From: a bacterium
GTDB lineage: Bacteria; Actinomycetota; UBA4738; HRBIN12
Reading direction: 5' to 3'
Length of the DNA stretch: 64,000 bases
Assembly: GCA_046735355.1 (NCBI GenBank)
Contig: JBKPTC010000031.1
Span: 159-64,158, forward strand
A program made the position numbers and the translations under genes. Under the pieces are notes generated by a model. That model had not been told where the DNA came from. It did no database searches and worked only from the letters and a program-made list of their open reading frames with translations. Positions 1 through 9,417 of this stretch are shown here, piece by piece; position 1 is the stretch's first letter, and each line of letters begins with the position of its first letter.

Positions 1-919
1 TGATCACGACGTCGAGTTCGTAGAGCCCGTGTTTTAGGATCGCGATCCCGCATGCGACGGGGACGGCGATGCCGAACCCCAGGATAAGCACGGCGTTGAA
101 GACGGGCTCTGGAACCGCCGCGCCGAAGACGGCGTAGGCGCCGACGGAGGCAGCCAACCCGACGGCCGTGACGATCCCTGCGAAGGCGAACCACCGGAGT
201 TGCTGGCGGAGTTCTCCCGTCGCCCGGCGCATCCGAACGAAGGGCGCCGCCATCGCGCCGACGAGGACTGCGAGCCCGACCAGCCAGATGAGCCCGGGCG
301 CTCCGTTCTCCATGTCCACGACCGCCGCCGGACCGAGCGGGTTCGGCATCGTCGGGGAGCCCGTCAGCGAGATCGACGTCTGGAAGACGAGGAAGACGAA
401 CCCCACGGCCGCGACGAGGACGGCCGCGCGGGCGAGCCACCGCCATCGAGGCGAGGGCAGATGACCGTCGGGGAACAGCATGAAGAAGAACGACGCGAGT
501 CCGGCCGGGAAGACGAGCCACAGGAGCGGACCGTTCACCCAGCCGACCCACTCGGTGAACGGCAGCGGCCCGAAGTGCGAACTGCGGAAGACGTACTCCG
601 TCGAGACCCCGCCGAGCGTGCCGATGACCGGGATGACGAGGAAGATCCAGCCGATCGGGTTGCGCGGCTGGTTCGACGCGAGGAGCGTACCGATGACGGC
701 GAACCCGATCGGCAGGATCAGGTCGACGGGATCCGCCTGGTCGATGTTTCGGAAGGCGGAGCTGTTGGCGATCACGAGTCCCGCCATGACCAGCCACTCG
801 GCGAGCCAGACACCAGCGACAGTCCAGGCCAAGCGCGAACGTCGGTGCACGTGGGCGTCGGGGTCCGACGCGGCATCGTCCTCACGGAGGCGAGGGCGTC
901 GTCCGTGTGTGGCGTCCAT
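1..919 (-). CDS. Sensor histidine kinase, N-terminal multi-TM sensor domain. The 3' part of the gene lies beyond the left window edge. The plus-strand ORFs 200-1045 and 480-1040 are antisense artefacts.
   Basis: Reverse-strand translation from ATG (complement of 917-919) gives MDATHGRR...LVMAGLVIANSS...PIGFAVIGTLLAS...GIAVPVACGIAILKHGLYELDVVI. It is hydrophobic, with several TM segments, and ends in the KHGLYELDVVI-type motif that I recall preceding the dimerisation domain in HisKA_3-type actinobacterial kinases. The open frame continues off the window. Confidence 0.5.
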   Translation of the reverse strand, partial: MDATHGRRPRLREDDAASDPDAHVHRRSRLAWTVAGVWLAEWLVMAGLVIANSSAFRNIDQADPVDLILPIGFAVIGTLLASNQPRNPIGWIFLVIPVIGTLGGVSTEYVFRSSHFGPLPFTEWVGWVNGPLLWLVFPAGLASFFFMLFPDGHLPSPRWRWLARAAVLVAAVGFVFLVFQTSISLTGSPTMPNPLGPAAVVDMENGAPGLIWLVGLAVLVGAMAAPFVRMRRATGELRQQLRWFAFAGIVTAVGLAASVGAYAVFGAAVPEPVFNAVLILGFGIAVPVACGIAILKHGLYELDVVI

Positions 920-1183
920 ACGCGGGATTCTGCAACCTGGCCGTGCCGTTCGAAAATCGGCGCCTCGAGCGTCGTGCCGATCCCCCCGGGCCCGGGTCCC
1001 CACGACCACAGCGTCCGGGACGCGAAACGCAGCGCCGTAGGTTGATGCCGCGAACGGCCCTAGATGTCCCGACGCGAGGGGTTTAGGAAACCCGCGAGGA
1101 TGGCCTCACGTGTCGATCCGCGCACGTTTCCGCAGGTAGTCGACGTGCACGCCGTCAGTCGACGCCGGCGTCCGCCCGCTTGT

Positions 1184-1203
1184 GGCCCCAAGATGGCCCC
1201 AAG
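1184..1203. repeat. 20-bp motif GGCCCCAAG-at-GGCCCCAAG spanning the ATG of a small ORF. A near-identical copy lies at 9104-9122.
   Basis: ggccccaagatggccccaag at 1184-1203, against ggcccaagatggccccaag at 9104-9122. Both are flanked by cgcgtgg, on opposite sides. Confidence 0.6.
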
Positions 1204-1414
1204 CGCGTGGACCGATGCTCGGCTGGCGATGACGAGCAAGCGCCTGACGCCGGAGCAAGTGCACGCCGTCGGCCTAGCGGCAGTCAAGAAGGCGGTCGCA
1301 CTTGTCGAAGAAGGGGCGATCCTCCTCGACGCCGACCGTCCACAGCGGGCGTACGCTCTCGGCGTCGTCGGTGTCGAGAAGCTGTGCAAGTACTGGTCTG
1401 TCTCGACCACCTGA
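1193..1414 (+). CDS. Small hypothetical protein (73 aa; an alternative start at 1064 gives 116 aa).
   Basis: ORF MAPSAWTDARLAMTSKRLTPEQVHAVGLAAVKKAVALVEEGAILLDADRPQRAYALGVVGVEKLCKYWSVSTT. The ATG is embedded in the 20-bp repeat. The next frame downstream (1415-1800) is also coding-like, so this may be a frameshifted longer gene. Confidence 0.3.
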   Translation: MAPSAWTDARLAMTSKRLTPEQVHAVGLAAVKKAVALVEEGAILLDADRPQRAYALGVVGVEKLCKYWSVSTT

Positions 1415-1868
1415 ACGACTGGACTGGCGAGCTCACAGTGGCCGACCTTCGGAGTACGCTTCGACCCGGTCGTGACGCACACGTCGATCGATACAGCGCA
1501 GCGCTCGTGTACCTCACGGTGTTCGCGAGTCTCGTCGTCGTTCCGCGTGAGGTCGCAATTCAGGATATGCGGGCGCGCGAGGCGCTCTGTACATCGACGT
1601 TCACGACTTCGGCGCCGTGGCAACGGACACGAATGCCGCCGAGGCGCGTATGTGGGTCAACGGCGTCGTGGGGCACTTCGCGCAGCGGGTGGCGATCGAG
1701 GCCGGGCCACCGCCGGCGACTCGTCCGCGTATGGCTGCCGCCCGACTTGGCGGTTGATGTGCGTCGAGGGACCTCCCTGAACGCTGGGAAAATGACGGGG
1801 GTCTCGCCTGACTGTCGGGCCGTGACAAGGTTGTCAAGGCATCGACCGGAGAACGAAGAGGAGCGGGT

Positions 1869-2240
1869 ATGCCGATCGTTCGAGGATCTGAAGCGCCCGA
1901 GTTCCCGCTCCCGGGTGCCGTCGTGGTCGGTCTCGCCGCGCGCAGCCGCGGTTCAGCTGAGATCACGACCTACCGGGTTCGCCTCGATCCTCGCGCGTCC
2001 ATGCCCCCGCATCGTCACGATCACGAGGAGGTGTTTACGCTCCTCGCTGGCGACGCCACGGCGGTCCTGGATGCAACACAGATCCCCACGGAGCCCGGTG
2101 ACACCGTCATAGTGCCCCCAGGAACGCAACACTATGTCGTCGCTGGGGACGCAGCCGTTGACATCGTCGCAGCGGTCCCCACGGGTACCGTCTTCATCAC
2201 GCCCGACGGCGAGGAGCGGATCGCCGACTGGGCGAAGTAA
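1869..2240 (+). CDS. Cupin-domain protein.
   Basis: RBS gaggagcgggt before the ATG. The PPHRHDHEEVFTLLAG...GDTVIVPPGTQHYV pattern is the two-His/Glu...His cupin_2 signature. Confidence 0.7.
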   Translation: MPIVRGSEAPEFPLPGAVVVGLAARSRGSAEITTYRVRLDPRASMPPHRHDHEEVFTLLAGDATAVLDATQIPTEPGDTVIVPPGTQHYVVAGDAAVDIVAAVPTGTVFITPDGEERIADWAK

Positions 2241-2324
2241 TACCGTTCCTGTTCAACGTTCATTCGCCGACGCTCGCGCATCCGAGAGTCGAGTCGCTCG
2301 CGTGCCGACGACTGCAACTAGCCG

Positions 2325-2658
2325 TTGACCTTCCCGACAACCTAGGTGTAGGAGGGACGTCGGCAGAGTCGTTTGCGCCCGCGGGGGTGGTTGCGGGAAG
2401 CGACTCATCGCGCTTGCATCGGTCGTCAGTCTGACCGTGCTCGGTCTCCGGACGGGGCAGAGTCTCGCCCAGCCCGGAGCAGGAGCAGACAGCCAGATCG
2501 CGTTTGCCCAGCGGATTGGCGAGGGTGGTCCGACGTTCGTGATCGCGAACCCCGACGGGTCCGACAGGCACGTCGTCCCGATCCGCGCCGAGCCCGACAC
2601 GTTTACGATCCCTGTGTGGTCGCGGCAGCCTGGCTGCCGTGCCTCACTGCCACCATAG
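2325..2658 (+). pseudogene. Truncated TolB/PD40 beta-propeller-like N-terminal fragment: signal peptide plus the first blade only.
   Basis: The frame gives KRLIALASVVSLTVLGLRTGQSLAQPGAGADSQIAFAQRIGEGGPTFVIANPDGSDRHVVPI, then stops after about 110 aa. The IAF..R.G...I..ANPDGS motif is the PD40 repeat start. The only upstream start is TTG 2325. A full PD40 paralogue exists at 38835-39749. Confidence 0.4.
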
Positions 2659-2698
2659 AGGCAATCGATCGACAGGCCGAGCCGCGTCGTATCGTCGG

Positions 2699-3013
2699 CT
2701 AGATAGGGCCGACGACGAACCGCTTGCCGTACCGGCGCGCCAGTGCATCGAGGCATCGGATCGCGTTCTTCAGGCCGTCCGGTGGTCCGTCCGAGAGGAG
2801 GACCGATCCGTCGAGCCGCACCACCTTGACCTCGGGATGCGTCAGCAACTCTTCAGTGGCGGCGACGATCGCGTCGGTGTCTGCCTCGGTCACGGTCTCG
2901 GCCCGCGTGAGGTCGACCCGGACGGTTCCCTCAACTCTGAGGACGTCCCATTGGAAGGCCCCCTGCATATCGAATTGGTACCCACCTTTGGGCGGCCCAA
3001 TGACAGATGACAT
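2699..3013 (-). CDS. Small cytoplasmic protein, possibly STAS-like (anti-sigma-antagonist fold).
   Basis: Only the C-terminal 105 aa of ORF 2699-3523(-) are protein-like: MSSVIGPPKGGYQFDMQGAFQWDVLRVEGTVRVDLTRAE...VKVVRLDGSVLLSDGPPDGLKNAIRCLDALARRYGKRFVVGPI. The upstream part of the ORF is R-rich junk. Confidence 0.35.
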   Translation of the reverse strand: MSSVIGPPKGGYQFDMQGAFQWDVLRVEGTVRVDLTRAETVTEADTDAIVAATEELLTHPEVKVVRLDGSVLLSDGPPDGLKNAIRCLDALARRYGKRFVVGPI

Positions 3014-3229
3014 CCGCGTTCCGGTTACGACCGTCGGACGCTGTTCGCTAGCTCGGGTCAGTTTCGTGCAGGCAGGCCGCGGAAGGGTTGCACACGGAAA
3101 CTGGGCGCGACCGGGAAGGGAGAGCGTCCTCATGCAGGAGTCACGTAGCGAAGCGCGACCACGCGAACGAACGCGGGCAGCGGTCCGTCGAAGACCGTCG
3201 GACGAGCCGCAGTAGCACAGCGGGCCCCC

Positions 3230-3463
3230 GTGATCCTGATCGGCTCGCTCGGCGTCATCGTCGGATCGTTCCTGAATTGGATCGACAGCCGCGACCAGGC
3301 GGGGTCGCCGGCACAGGGCTTTCAGATCTCCGACGGCCGCGTCGCTCTGGATATCGGCGTCGCGCTGCTCGTCGTCGGCATCCTCATAGCCGCGACAGGC
3401 GGGTCGGCACATGGGTTGATGCCGATCCACTCGCGGTCGCGCTTTCGACCGTCGCGCTCGTGA
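3230..3463 (+). CDS. Small membrane protein. A second TM segment continues in the +2 frame to about 3600, so a frameshift is possible.
   Basis: MILIGSLGVIVGSFLNWIDSRDQ...VALDIGVALLVVGILIAATGGSAHG. The adjacent frame reads WVDADPLAVALSTVALVTVVALWVYLGSDQ. Confidence 0.35.
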   Translation: MILIGSLGVIVGSFLNWIDSRDQAGSPAQGFQISDGRVALDIGVALLVVGILIAATGGSAHGLMPIHSRSRFRPSRS

Positions 3464-3728
3464 CCGTTGTGGCGCTGTGGGTCTACCTCGGATCCGACCA
3501 GCGCCCTCCTGATATATCGGCATCTAGTCACCGTGGCTGGGGCACTCAACGTGGCCATGGGCGGTTCCCTGATGGCTCTCCTGCGAAGCGCTTCGGATAG
3601 GGCCACGTGGGACGACGACGCTGAGGGCGATGTCGGTCGGAATCGGCGACTCGCCTGACGATCAAAGCACCGAACGCCGCTTGCGGACGGTGCTAGATTG
3701 CAGGGCCGCGCTGAAGGAGGGAGATCCG

Positions 3729-4436
3729 ATGCGTGTTCGCCTTGCACTCGTCGCCGCGGTTGTAGCGGCCATCCTCGCACCCGGCCCCGCGATTGCTACG
3801 CCGAAGGCCAGTGGCGCCGATTCGGTGCAGCAGCCGACGTGCACGCTGCCGGAGTCTGATGCCGAAGCCCTCGTGATCCTTAGCAACTACTATCCGGGTT
3901 ACTGGTGGGACCACACGCACCTGACGATCGCTGTTCAGGCCTATCCAGGCATCTCGGACGAGTATCGGGAAGCGATCGACGATGCGATCGCCACGTGGGC
4001 CGGTGTTCTCCAGGAGTGCTTCGATGGCCTGATCACCCTGACCCAGGTGGATACTCGGCAGGAAGCCGACATCGTCGTTCACTACGTGCCGCATGCCGGT
4101 GGCGCGGTCTTCTCTGGGTACGCGATCTGTGGTGACCACGGATGTCCCAACATCCTCGTGAGCTCCGAGGCACCGCCGAGCTGGGGACAGGAGCCATATA
4201 GCCCCGAGCTTCTCGGTTGGATCACGCTGCACGAGGTCGGCCACGCTCTCGGCCTCGGCCACGCGACGAACCTGTTGGAAAGCACCGACCTGATGGGGTA
4301 CGGCTGGCCCGATCTCGGTGATCCGGTCCTATCTGATTGCGATGTCGATGCGCTCGCATTCGTGTTCGCTTGGGCACTTGCCGGTGAGGAACCACACCCA
4401 CCGGCTGAGGGTCCGTACGACTGTTCCATCAGCTAG
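3729..4436 (+). CDS. Secreted zinc metalloprotease, metzincin/matrixin-like.
   Basis: RBS aggaggga before ATG 3729. Signal peptide MRVRLALVAAVVAAILAPGPAIATPKA. HEVGHALGLGH matches the HExxHxxGxxH zinc-binding motif. Confidence 0.75.
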   Translation: MRVRLALVAAVVAAILAPGPAIATPKASGADSVQQPTCTLPESDAEALVILSNYYPGYWWDHTHLTIAVQAYPGISDEYREAIDDAIATWAGVLQECFDGLITLTQVDTRQEADIVVHYVPHAGGAVFSGYAICGDHGCPNILVSSEAPPSWGQEPYSPELLGWITLHEVGHALGLGHATNLLESTDLMGYGWPDLGDPVLSDCDVDALAFVFAWALAGEEPHPPAEGPYDCSIS

Positions 4437-4488
4437 GGGAGCGCCTCTTCGGCAGACGCCGTGAGGGCGTGCGAGATCGAACGGACGC

Positions 4489-4520
4489 GGCGGGGCCCGG
4501 CCGACGCCGGCCCCGCCGTC
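4489..4520. terminator. GC-rich imperfect hairpin between the convergent metalloprotease and mgtC genes; a candidate bidirectional terminator.
   Basis: ggcggggcccgg-ccgacg-ccggccccgcc inverted repeat with one bulge and weak flanking T content. Confidence 0.25.
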
Positions 4521-4671
4521 CGTCTTCCGGTGCTGGCCGGCCCGCAGACTAGAGGAGAGGCCACCGGCCGCGCGGCGGTCCCGGGCGCTCGACGTTCGCC
4601 CGGGAACGTCAGACTTCTGGCTCAGGACCGCTGAACAGGAGGGGTCGCATGCAGCCCCACGGCGGGTCCTC

Positions 4672-5343
4672 TTAACCAGAAGTCCTGACCTCGACAACGC
4701 CGTCCAAAGACTGCAAACGCTCAACTAGCCCCTCGACGGAGCGGGAACCCTCAACGTCGAACCGAAGTCCGACGAGGTTCCGATCCGTATCCGAACGAGT
4801 CACATCGAGGTCTGAAATCACGTAGCCGATTGCGGTCGCTTCCGCCAAGACACGTCGCAGCACGCCCTCACGGTCGCGGTAGGATAGGTCGATGGGCGTG
4901 AGTGAACGCCTCGATTGGGGGAGGGCGCGTCCCAGCGGCGTGTAGACATACGCGACGAACAAGTGCGCCACGGTCGCTCCGATCGCGAGCGCGATCAAGC
5001 CAGCTCCAGCGGCCATCCCGACGGCCGCGGTGAGCCAGATCGCGGCAGCGGTGGTAAGGCCTCGCACACCGGCGCGTTTGACGAAGATTAGACCCGCCCC
5101 GATGAATCCGATGCCCGAGACGACCTGTGCGGCGACCCGTGAGGGGTCGAGGTTGACCGTTCCGGCCGATACCACGTCGCTAAAGCCGTACTTGCTGACG
5201 AGGACGAAGACAGCCGCTCCAACGCCGACGAGCGTGTGCGTGCGCAGTCCTGCGCTCTTCTGCCGCAGCTCCCGCTCTACCCCGATCACCGAGGAAAGCG
5301 CCAAGGCCAGGGCGAGGAGAGCGAGCTGGTGAAGCCAACCCAT
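4672..5343 (-). CDS. mgtC: MgtC/SapB family membrane protein.
   Basis: MGWLHQLALLALALALSSVIGVERELRQKSAGLRTHTLVGVGAAVFVLVS...GIGFIGAGLIF is the typical MgtC N-terminal membrane domain. A C-terminal soluble ACT-like tail follows. Confidence 0.85.
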   Translation of the reverse strand: MGWLHQLALLALALALSSVIGVERELRQKSAGLRTHTLVGVGAAVFVLVSKYGFSDVVSAGTVNLDPSRVAAQVVSGIGFIGAGLIFVKRAGVRGLTTAAAIWLTAAVGMAAGAGLIALAIGATVAHLFVAYVYTPLGRALPQSRRSLTPIDLSYRDREGVLRRVLAEATAIGYVISDLDVTRSDTDRNLVGLRFDVEGSRSVEGLVERLQSLDGVVEVRTSG

Positions 5344-5599
5344 CTGCGAAGCCTATCGTCGCACCAGGTGGCAGCGTCGTCGCGTGCCCGAGGGCCGTTA
5401 CGTCCCTGGGGTTGCCCTCGCCGGCGTCATACACCAGAGCCAAAGGGCGATCGACGGCACGTACAAAAGCCCTGACCGCCGATGAGTGACACGACCGCCG
5501 TAAGGGCGGTCACGGATGCGGCGACCCCCAAGACGGCTCGATGCTCGGGCCGCCACACCGCGAGATTGCCCCGGCGATTGCCGGATCAGGATGACCATG

Positions 5600-6027
5600 A
5601 CCGCTCGGGCTATCGCATTGAGGAGGCGATGGATCCACGACCGTGAGGATACCGAGCTCGAGCGCAGATCCCTCAAGGTACGTCCGGTCGCGCCGGATCG
5701 CAGCTCGACATTCCGCGAGTTCATTGGCCGTCACAAGCTCGGCTCGTACCTCTTCGGAGCGTGCGTGATCTCGTGGACAGGTGTCGTGCTGGCCGCAATC
5801 GCGCAGCCTTCCACTTTCGACGCGATACGAGCACCATTCCGATCCTGCTCGCGATGCTTCCCGGTCGGACCCTGTCCGCCCTCGCGGTGACCGCGATCTC
5901 CGACGGGAAAGCGGGGCTGCGGCAGCTGGCGGTCCGGCCCTTGTACTCCGGGACGGGTGACTCATGCACCCCTTTTGTCGTGCCCCGACGATGCCATCTG
6001 AACTCAGTTCGCGCCGTGCCGTGTTGA
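5600..6027 (+). pseudogene. Disrupted membrane-protein gene: two consecutive coding-like frames.
   Basis: Frame A reads MTARAIALRRRWIHDREDTELERRSLKVRPV...YLFGACVISWTGVVLAAIAQPSTF. Frame B continues IPILLAMLPGRTLSALAVTAISDGKAGLRQLAVRPLY. The frame changes near 5815-5835. Confidence 0.25.
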
Positions 6028-6057
6028 GGCGGCGCCCCCGTAGAAAGGAGAGGCGCC

Positions 6058-6498
6058 ATGGATGCAACGTTGCGACGCAGGCGCTCGTCGGCGCACATCG
6101 TTCGGCCAGTTGCCGTCGCAGCAGCCATCGGGGCGATCGTGGAGGCCGGTTTTCAGGCGGCGCTGGCAGTTGGGGCTCCGTTTGGCCGAGCATCGTGGGG
6201 CGGGCAGCCAACCCATCTTGCGACGGACCTTCGCGTGGCGAGCGGCATCGTAGCGTTCGTCTGGCTGTTCGTCGCGGCCGTAATACTGAAGCGCGGCGGG
6301 TTCGACGTGCGAGGAATGTCAACGACGTTGGCGTATCGCGCGACGTGGGTGATCTTCGCGTTCCTTGCGCTCGGGACCGTCATGAACCTCGCCTCCCAAA
6401 GCGCGCTCGAGCGTGCGATCTGGACGCCGTTCACGCTCGTTCTCGCAATCCTTACGTTCGTAATCGCTCGAAGTGAGCAGACTCGGACGCCACGGTAA
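6058..6498 (+). CDS. Hypothetical integral membrane protein (4 TM).
   Basis: Strong RBS aaaggagagg before ATG 6058. Hydrophobic segments VAVAAAIGAIVEAGF, IVAFVWLFVAAVIL, WVIFAFLALGTVM, FTLVLAILTFVIA. Confidence 0.65.
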   Translation: MDATLRRRRSSAHIVRPVAVAAAIGAIVEAGFQAALAVGAPFGRASWGGQPTHLATDLRVASGIVAFVWLFVAAVILKRGGFDVRGMSTTLAYRATWVIFAFLALGTVMNLASQSALERAIWTPFTLVLAILTFVIARSEQTRTPR

Positions 6499-6909
6499 GC
6501 GGGCCAGAGGAGCGATGCGCCTCCTCGATTTCCCGGAAGCGTCGTCACCTCGGCGACCGTACACGACGTGTGAACGCTGTCCCTAGCTCGCGAGCCGAAA
6601 CGGCGGGTGGTCGTCGACGATCCAACTCGTCGAGAATGCGCTTCGCCTTGGCGTGGGCCACCGGCCGCTCGCGCTTGTTGAACCAAAGGGCCGGGAATCG
6701 GCGAGACCTCCGGTTGGTCCGACGGGGCGCAAAGCTATCGACGCTCTCTTGCCGGCCTCAGTCGTCCGGAGGTCTCGTCTCGACCTGATCCTGGCGTCGT
6801 GTAACGCGTCGCGATCGGGTCTCTAGTCCTGCTCGTCATGGGTCCTTGCACCCGCGCTACGGAACCGGCTCAGCGAGAGGCTGACCCAGTTCTGCACGTG
6901 GAGGGCAAC

Positions 6910-7116
6910 ATGACACTAGGGCACAGCGTCGGCCACATGAACATCGCGATCACGGACTTCTCGCCGGTCGTTCAGGCGCCAGTGCGTCGATGCCCGAGGT
7001 GCGACGCCCATCTGTCCGCCCACAACACGGACAAGGTCTGCTATCCCTGTCAGCGAACGGAGATGCGAACGCGATGGGAGAACGGATCCCTGTCGCGCCG
7101 AGGTGCGATCCACTAG
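6910..7116 (+). CDS. Small zinc-ribbon protein (CxxC...CxxC).
   Basis: RBS ggaggg before ATG 6910. MTLGHSVGHMNIAITDFSPVVQAPVRRCPRCDAHLSAHNTDKVCYPCQRTEMRTRWENG. Confidence 0.35.
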   Translation: MTLGHSVGHMNIAITDFSPVVQAPVRRCPRCDAHLSAHNTDKVCYPCQRTEMRTRWENGSLSRRGAIH

Positions 7117-8295
7117 CGTCGGTGCCGCTTGTCGATCCGCGGCTGGACAACCGCGTCGGGCCGCACACGAGCCGCTACATCTGGTTGGACAATCTGCGCG
7201 TCGCGCTAATCGCAGCGGTCATCGTCGCACGTCGCAAGCACGTACGTCATAGACTCCGATTGGTACTACATGGAACGGACCACGGACCGGGTGACGCAGC
7301 TCGTCGTCGGCGTCGTCGTCCTCGTGGGCGGGCTATTCGGCATGGGGCTTCTGTTCCTCGTCGCGGGGCTTCTGACGCCATCTGCGCTCGACCGGAAAGG
7401 GGCCGCTCGGTTCGTCCGTGACAGGGCCGTGCGGCTCGGGATTCCGCTCGTGATCTTCGTCGCCGTCATCGACCCCCTCACCGATTACGTCGGTCATCGT
7501 GGCATGGGCGAAGCAACAGGCTTCGGACAGTACATGCACCTCTGGCTGGCTCGGGATGCGGACGCAGGACCGGCGTGGTTCATCGCCGACCTGCTCGTGT
7601 TCTCAATCGTGTACGCGCTCATCCGCGGAGTTCGACCAGCCACTCGGAGGTCTCGTGAACCGTTCGAACCCCGCCGCCTCCTCGCCGTCGGCGCCCTCAT
7701 CGCGGGCGGTTCCTTCTTGATTCGCATCGTGTGGCCGTTCATGTCCGACACGTTCTTCGGTCTCAACTTGTGGGAGTTCCCGCAGATGATCGGGATGTTC
7801 GCGCTCGGCGTGCTGGCCGCCGAGGCAGGCTGGAATGCGACATCGCTGCCGGTGAACCGGAAGAAAACCGTGGTGCAGGTGGCGATTGCGTCCCTCGTTG
7901 CGTTGCTCTGTTTTGCTGTTCTCGGAGCGTCCGCGGACGATGCCGGTCCGCTCCTGGGCGGCCTTCACATCCAGGCTCTGCCGTTGCCGATCATCGAAGC
8001 CGCCTGGGCTATCTCGATGTCGCTCGTCACCCTGGAGTACTTCCGACGCCGGGCCACCGTTTCGAGTCAGACCCTCGCCGGCGCTTCTCGAGCGTCATAT
8101 GACGCATATCTGCTGCACCCGCCTCTGATCGTCGTCCTCGCCGTCGCGTTGCGGACGTCGGGATTTTCCATTGGAACGAAGTTCGTCCTTGTCAGCATCG
8201 TCGGTGTTTCCTTGGCGTTCGTGATTGGGTGGATCCTGGCTCACGCCCGGAGCGACCACCTTTGGAGTCGCTCTCGAGTCGCTGGTCCGACGTGA
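7071..8295 (+). pseudogene. Acyltransferase family 3 (OatA/OpgC-like) membrane protein, with an apparent 1-nt frameshift near 7236-7245.
   Basis: Frame 1 (from ATG 7071) gives the family N-terminal motif RYIWLDNLRVALIAAVIVA. The next frame continues with HVASTYVIDSDWYYMERTTDRVTQLVVGVVVLVGG and runs to 8295 with about 9 more TM segments. Confidence 0.5.
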
Positions 8296-8389
8296 TGTCG
8301 TGGCGCGTGGCGTCGGATGGTCGTACCGAGCGAGCCCTTCCGCGCGTGGCTCGATGATCAGTGAAGCGCCGGAACCGCTGTCGCGGAGC

Positions 8390-8911
8390 TCACGTTGACG
8401 CGCTGGGCCGAACGAAGCTCGACGCGAGCTCAAGCGCTCTGCCGAACGACTCCACGAACCGCCGCTGCTGACCCGACCCCGGGAACGGAACCCGCTCGTT
8501 AACGACCGGGAGACGCGCCCGCTTCAGCGGCCAATAGGCCGCGTCGAACACCGTCGCCTTGATGACGATGATCGCGCGAGGATCGAGCTCCTGACACCGG
8601 ATGACGAGATCCGCGGCAAGGGACTCCAGCGACGCGCGACCGACAGGGTTGGGGCTCAAGTCGATCAAGAAAACGCCCCGGTCGCGCAGCTTCCCGAGAA
8701 GCGCGGCCTTGTTCGATCGAGTCGGCTCGTCGTTCAGTACTCCCCGTGCGACGTACCGGAACAGCGAGTCCTGCTCGGTCACGTTGTCGAAGTAGAAGTA
8801 GCGGTCGAGTGCGCTGGGTGGACCCTCGGCAACGAGGAGCAGATCGATCTCGGCCGGGCGGTATCGGGTCGCTGCTTCTTCTCGCCGTCGCCTGGCGTCA
8901 GCTCCGTCCAT
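8390..8911 (-). CDS. Conserved-looking hypothetical protein (173 aa); family not recognised.
   Basis: Non-repetitive, protein-like ORF: EIDLLLVAEGPPSALDRYFYFDNVTEQDSLFRYVARGVL...GVFLIDLSPNPVGRASLESLAADLVIRCQELDPRAIIVIKATVFDAAYWPLKRARLPVVNE. Confidence 0.5.
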   Translation of the reverse strand: MDGADARRRREEAATRYRPAEIDLLLVAEGPPSALDRYFYFDNVTEQDSLFRYVARGVLNDEPTRSNKAALLGKLRDRGVFLIDLSPNPVGRASLESLAADLVIRCQELDPRAIIVIKATVFDAAYWPLKRARLPVVNERVPFPGSGQQRRFVESFGRALELASSFVRPSAST

Positions 8912-9103
8912 CTCGCCCTGCCCTCTGCTCTGTCCTCGGCAACGTCTGGCGACCCCGACGCGGTCGCCTCATCACGGATACGTCTGGCGCCTCGATGAGG
9001 CACACGAATCCATCACGAAGCAGGACGGGCGCGAAGACGCGCTGGACCCCAGGTGCGATCAAGAAGAGGAGACGCCGTGGAGGACATCCTCGGCTGAGCG
9101 CGT

Positions 9104-9122
9104 GGCCCAAGATGGCCCCAAG
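9104..9122. repeat. Second copy of the GGCCC(C)AAG-at-GGCCCCAAG motif, spanning the ATG of the zinc-ribbon gene.
   Basis: ggcccaagatggccccaag preceded by cgcgtgg; compare 1184-1203. Confidence 0.6.
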
Positions 9123-9417
9123 AGCCGCGCTCGCCATTCTCGCCGATGAGTGGACGATCAAGGAACGACCCAGCGACGACCTCGTCGCTGCCCCGCGGGG
9201 GGTAAAGGATTGGCTGCTCCGGCAGCCCGCTGTCCTTCGTTCCAGTGACACGATCGTGATAGCGGCGGCCGGCTTCAAGGCTCAAACGTGGACGACGAGC
9301 CCCGGGACCGACTCGTGCGCATGCGGGGGTCAATGGGTCCGAAGGACACGCAGGAGCGACGGACACGAGTTCTTCGGGTGCTCCCGCCTCCCCGCATGCC
9401 GACGCACAAAAGCCTGA
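9112..9417 (+). CDS. Small protein (101 aa) with a C-terminal topoisomerase-type C4 zinc ribbon.
   Basis: MAPRAALAILADEWTIKERPSDD...DSCACGGQWVRRTRRSDGHEFFGCSRLPACRRTKA. The C-x-C...(F)FGCS..P.C pattern matches the zf-C4_Topoisom ribbon. The start lies inside the 20-bp repeat. Confidence 0.5.
   Translation: MAPRAALAILADEWTIKERPSDDLVAAPRGVKDWLLRQPAVLRSSDTIVIAAAGFKAQTWTTSPGTDSCACGGQWVRRTRRSDGHEFFGCSRLPACRRTKA

Noticed and set aside
200-1045. Plus-strand ORFs 200-1045 and 480-1040 (R/D/E-rich)
   Set aside because: Antisense of the minus-strand sensor-kinase membrane domain, whose translation is clean and hydrophobic. These are typical high-GC shadow ORFs.
5344-5520. M-box (Mg2+ riboswitch) call upstream of mgtC
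   Set aside because: I cannot match the conserved M-box core from memory. Only a hairpin is described.
8390-8911. Uracil-DNA glycosylase family-4 assignment for the 173-aa protein (AEGPP resembles GEGPG)
   Set aside because: The downstream UDG motifs (PF.G.AG.LL and C-terminal HPSP) are absent or misplaced. Left as unassigned.
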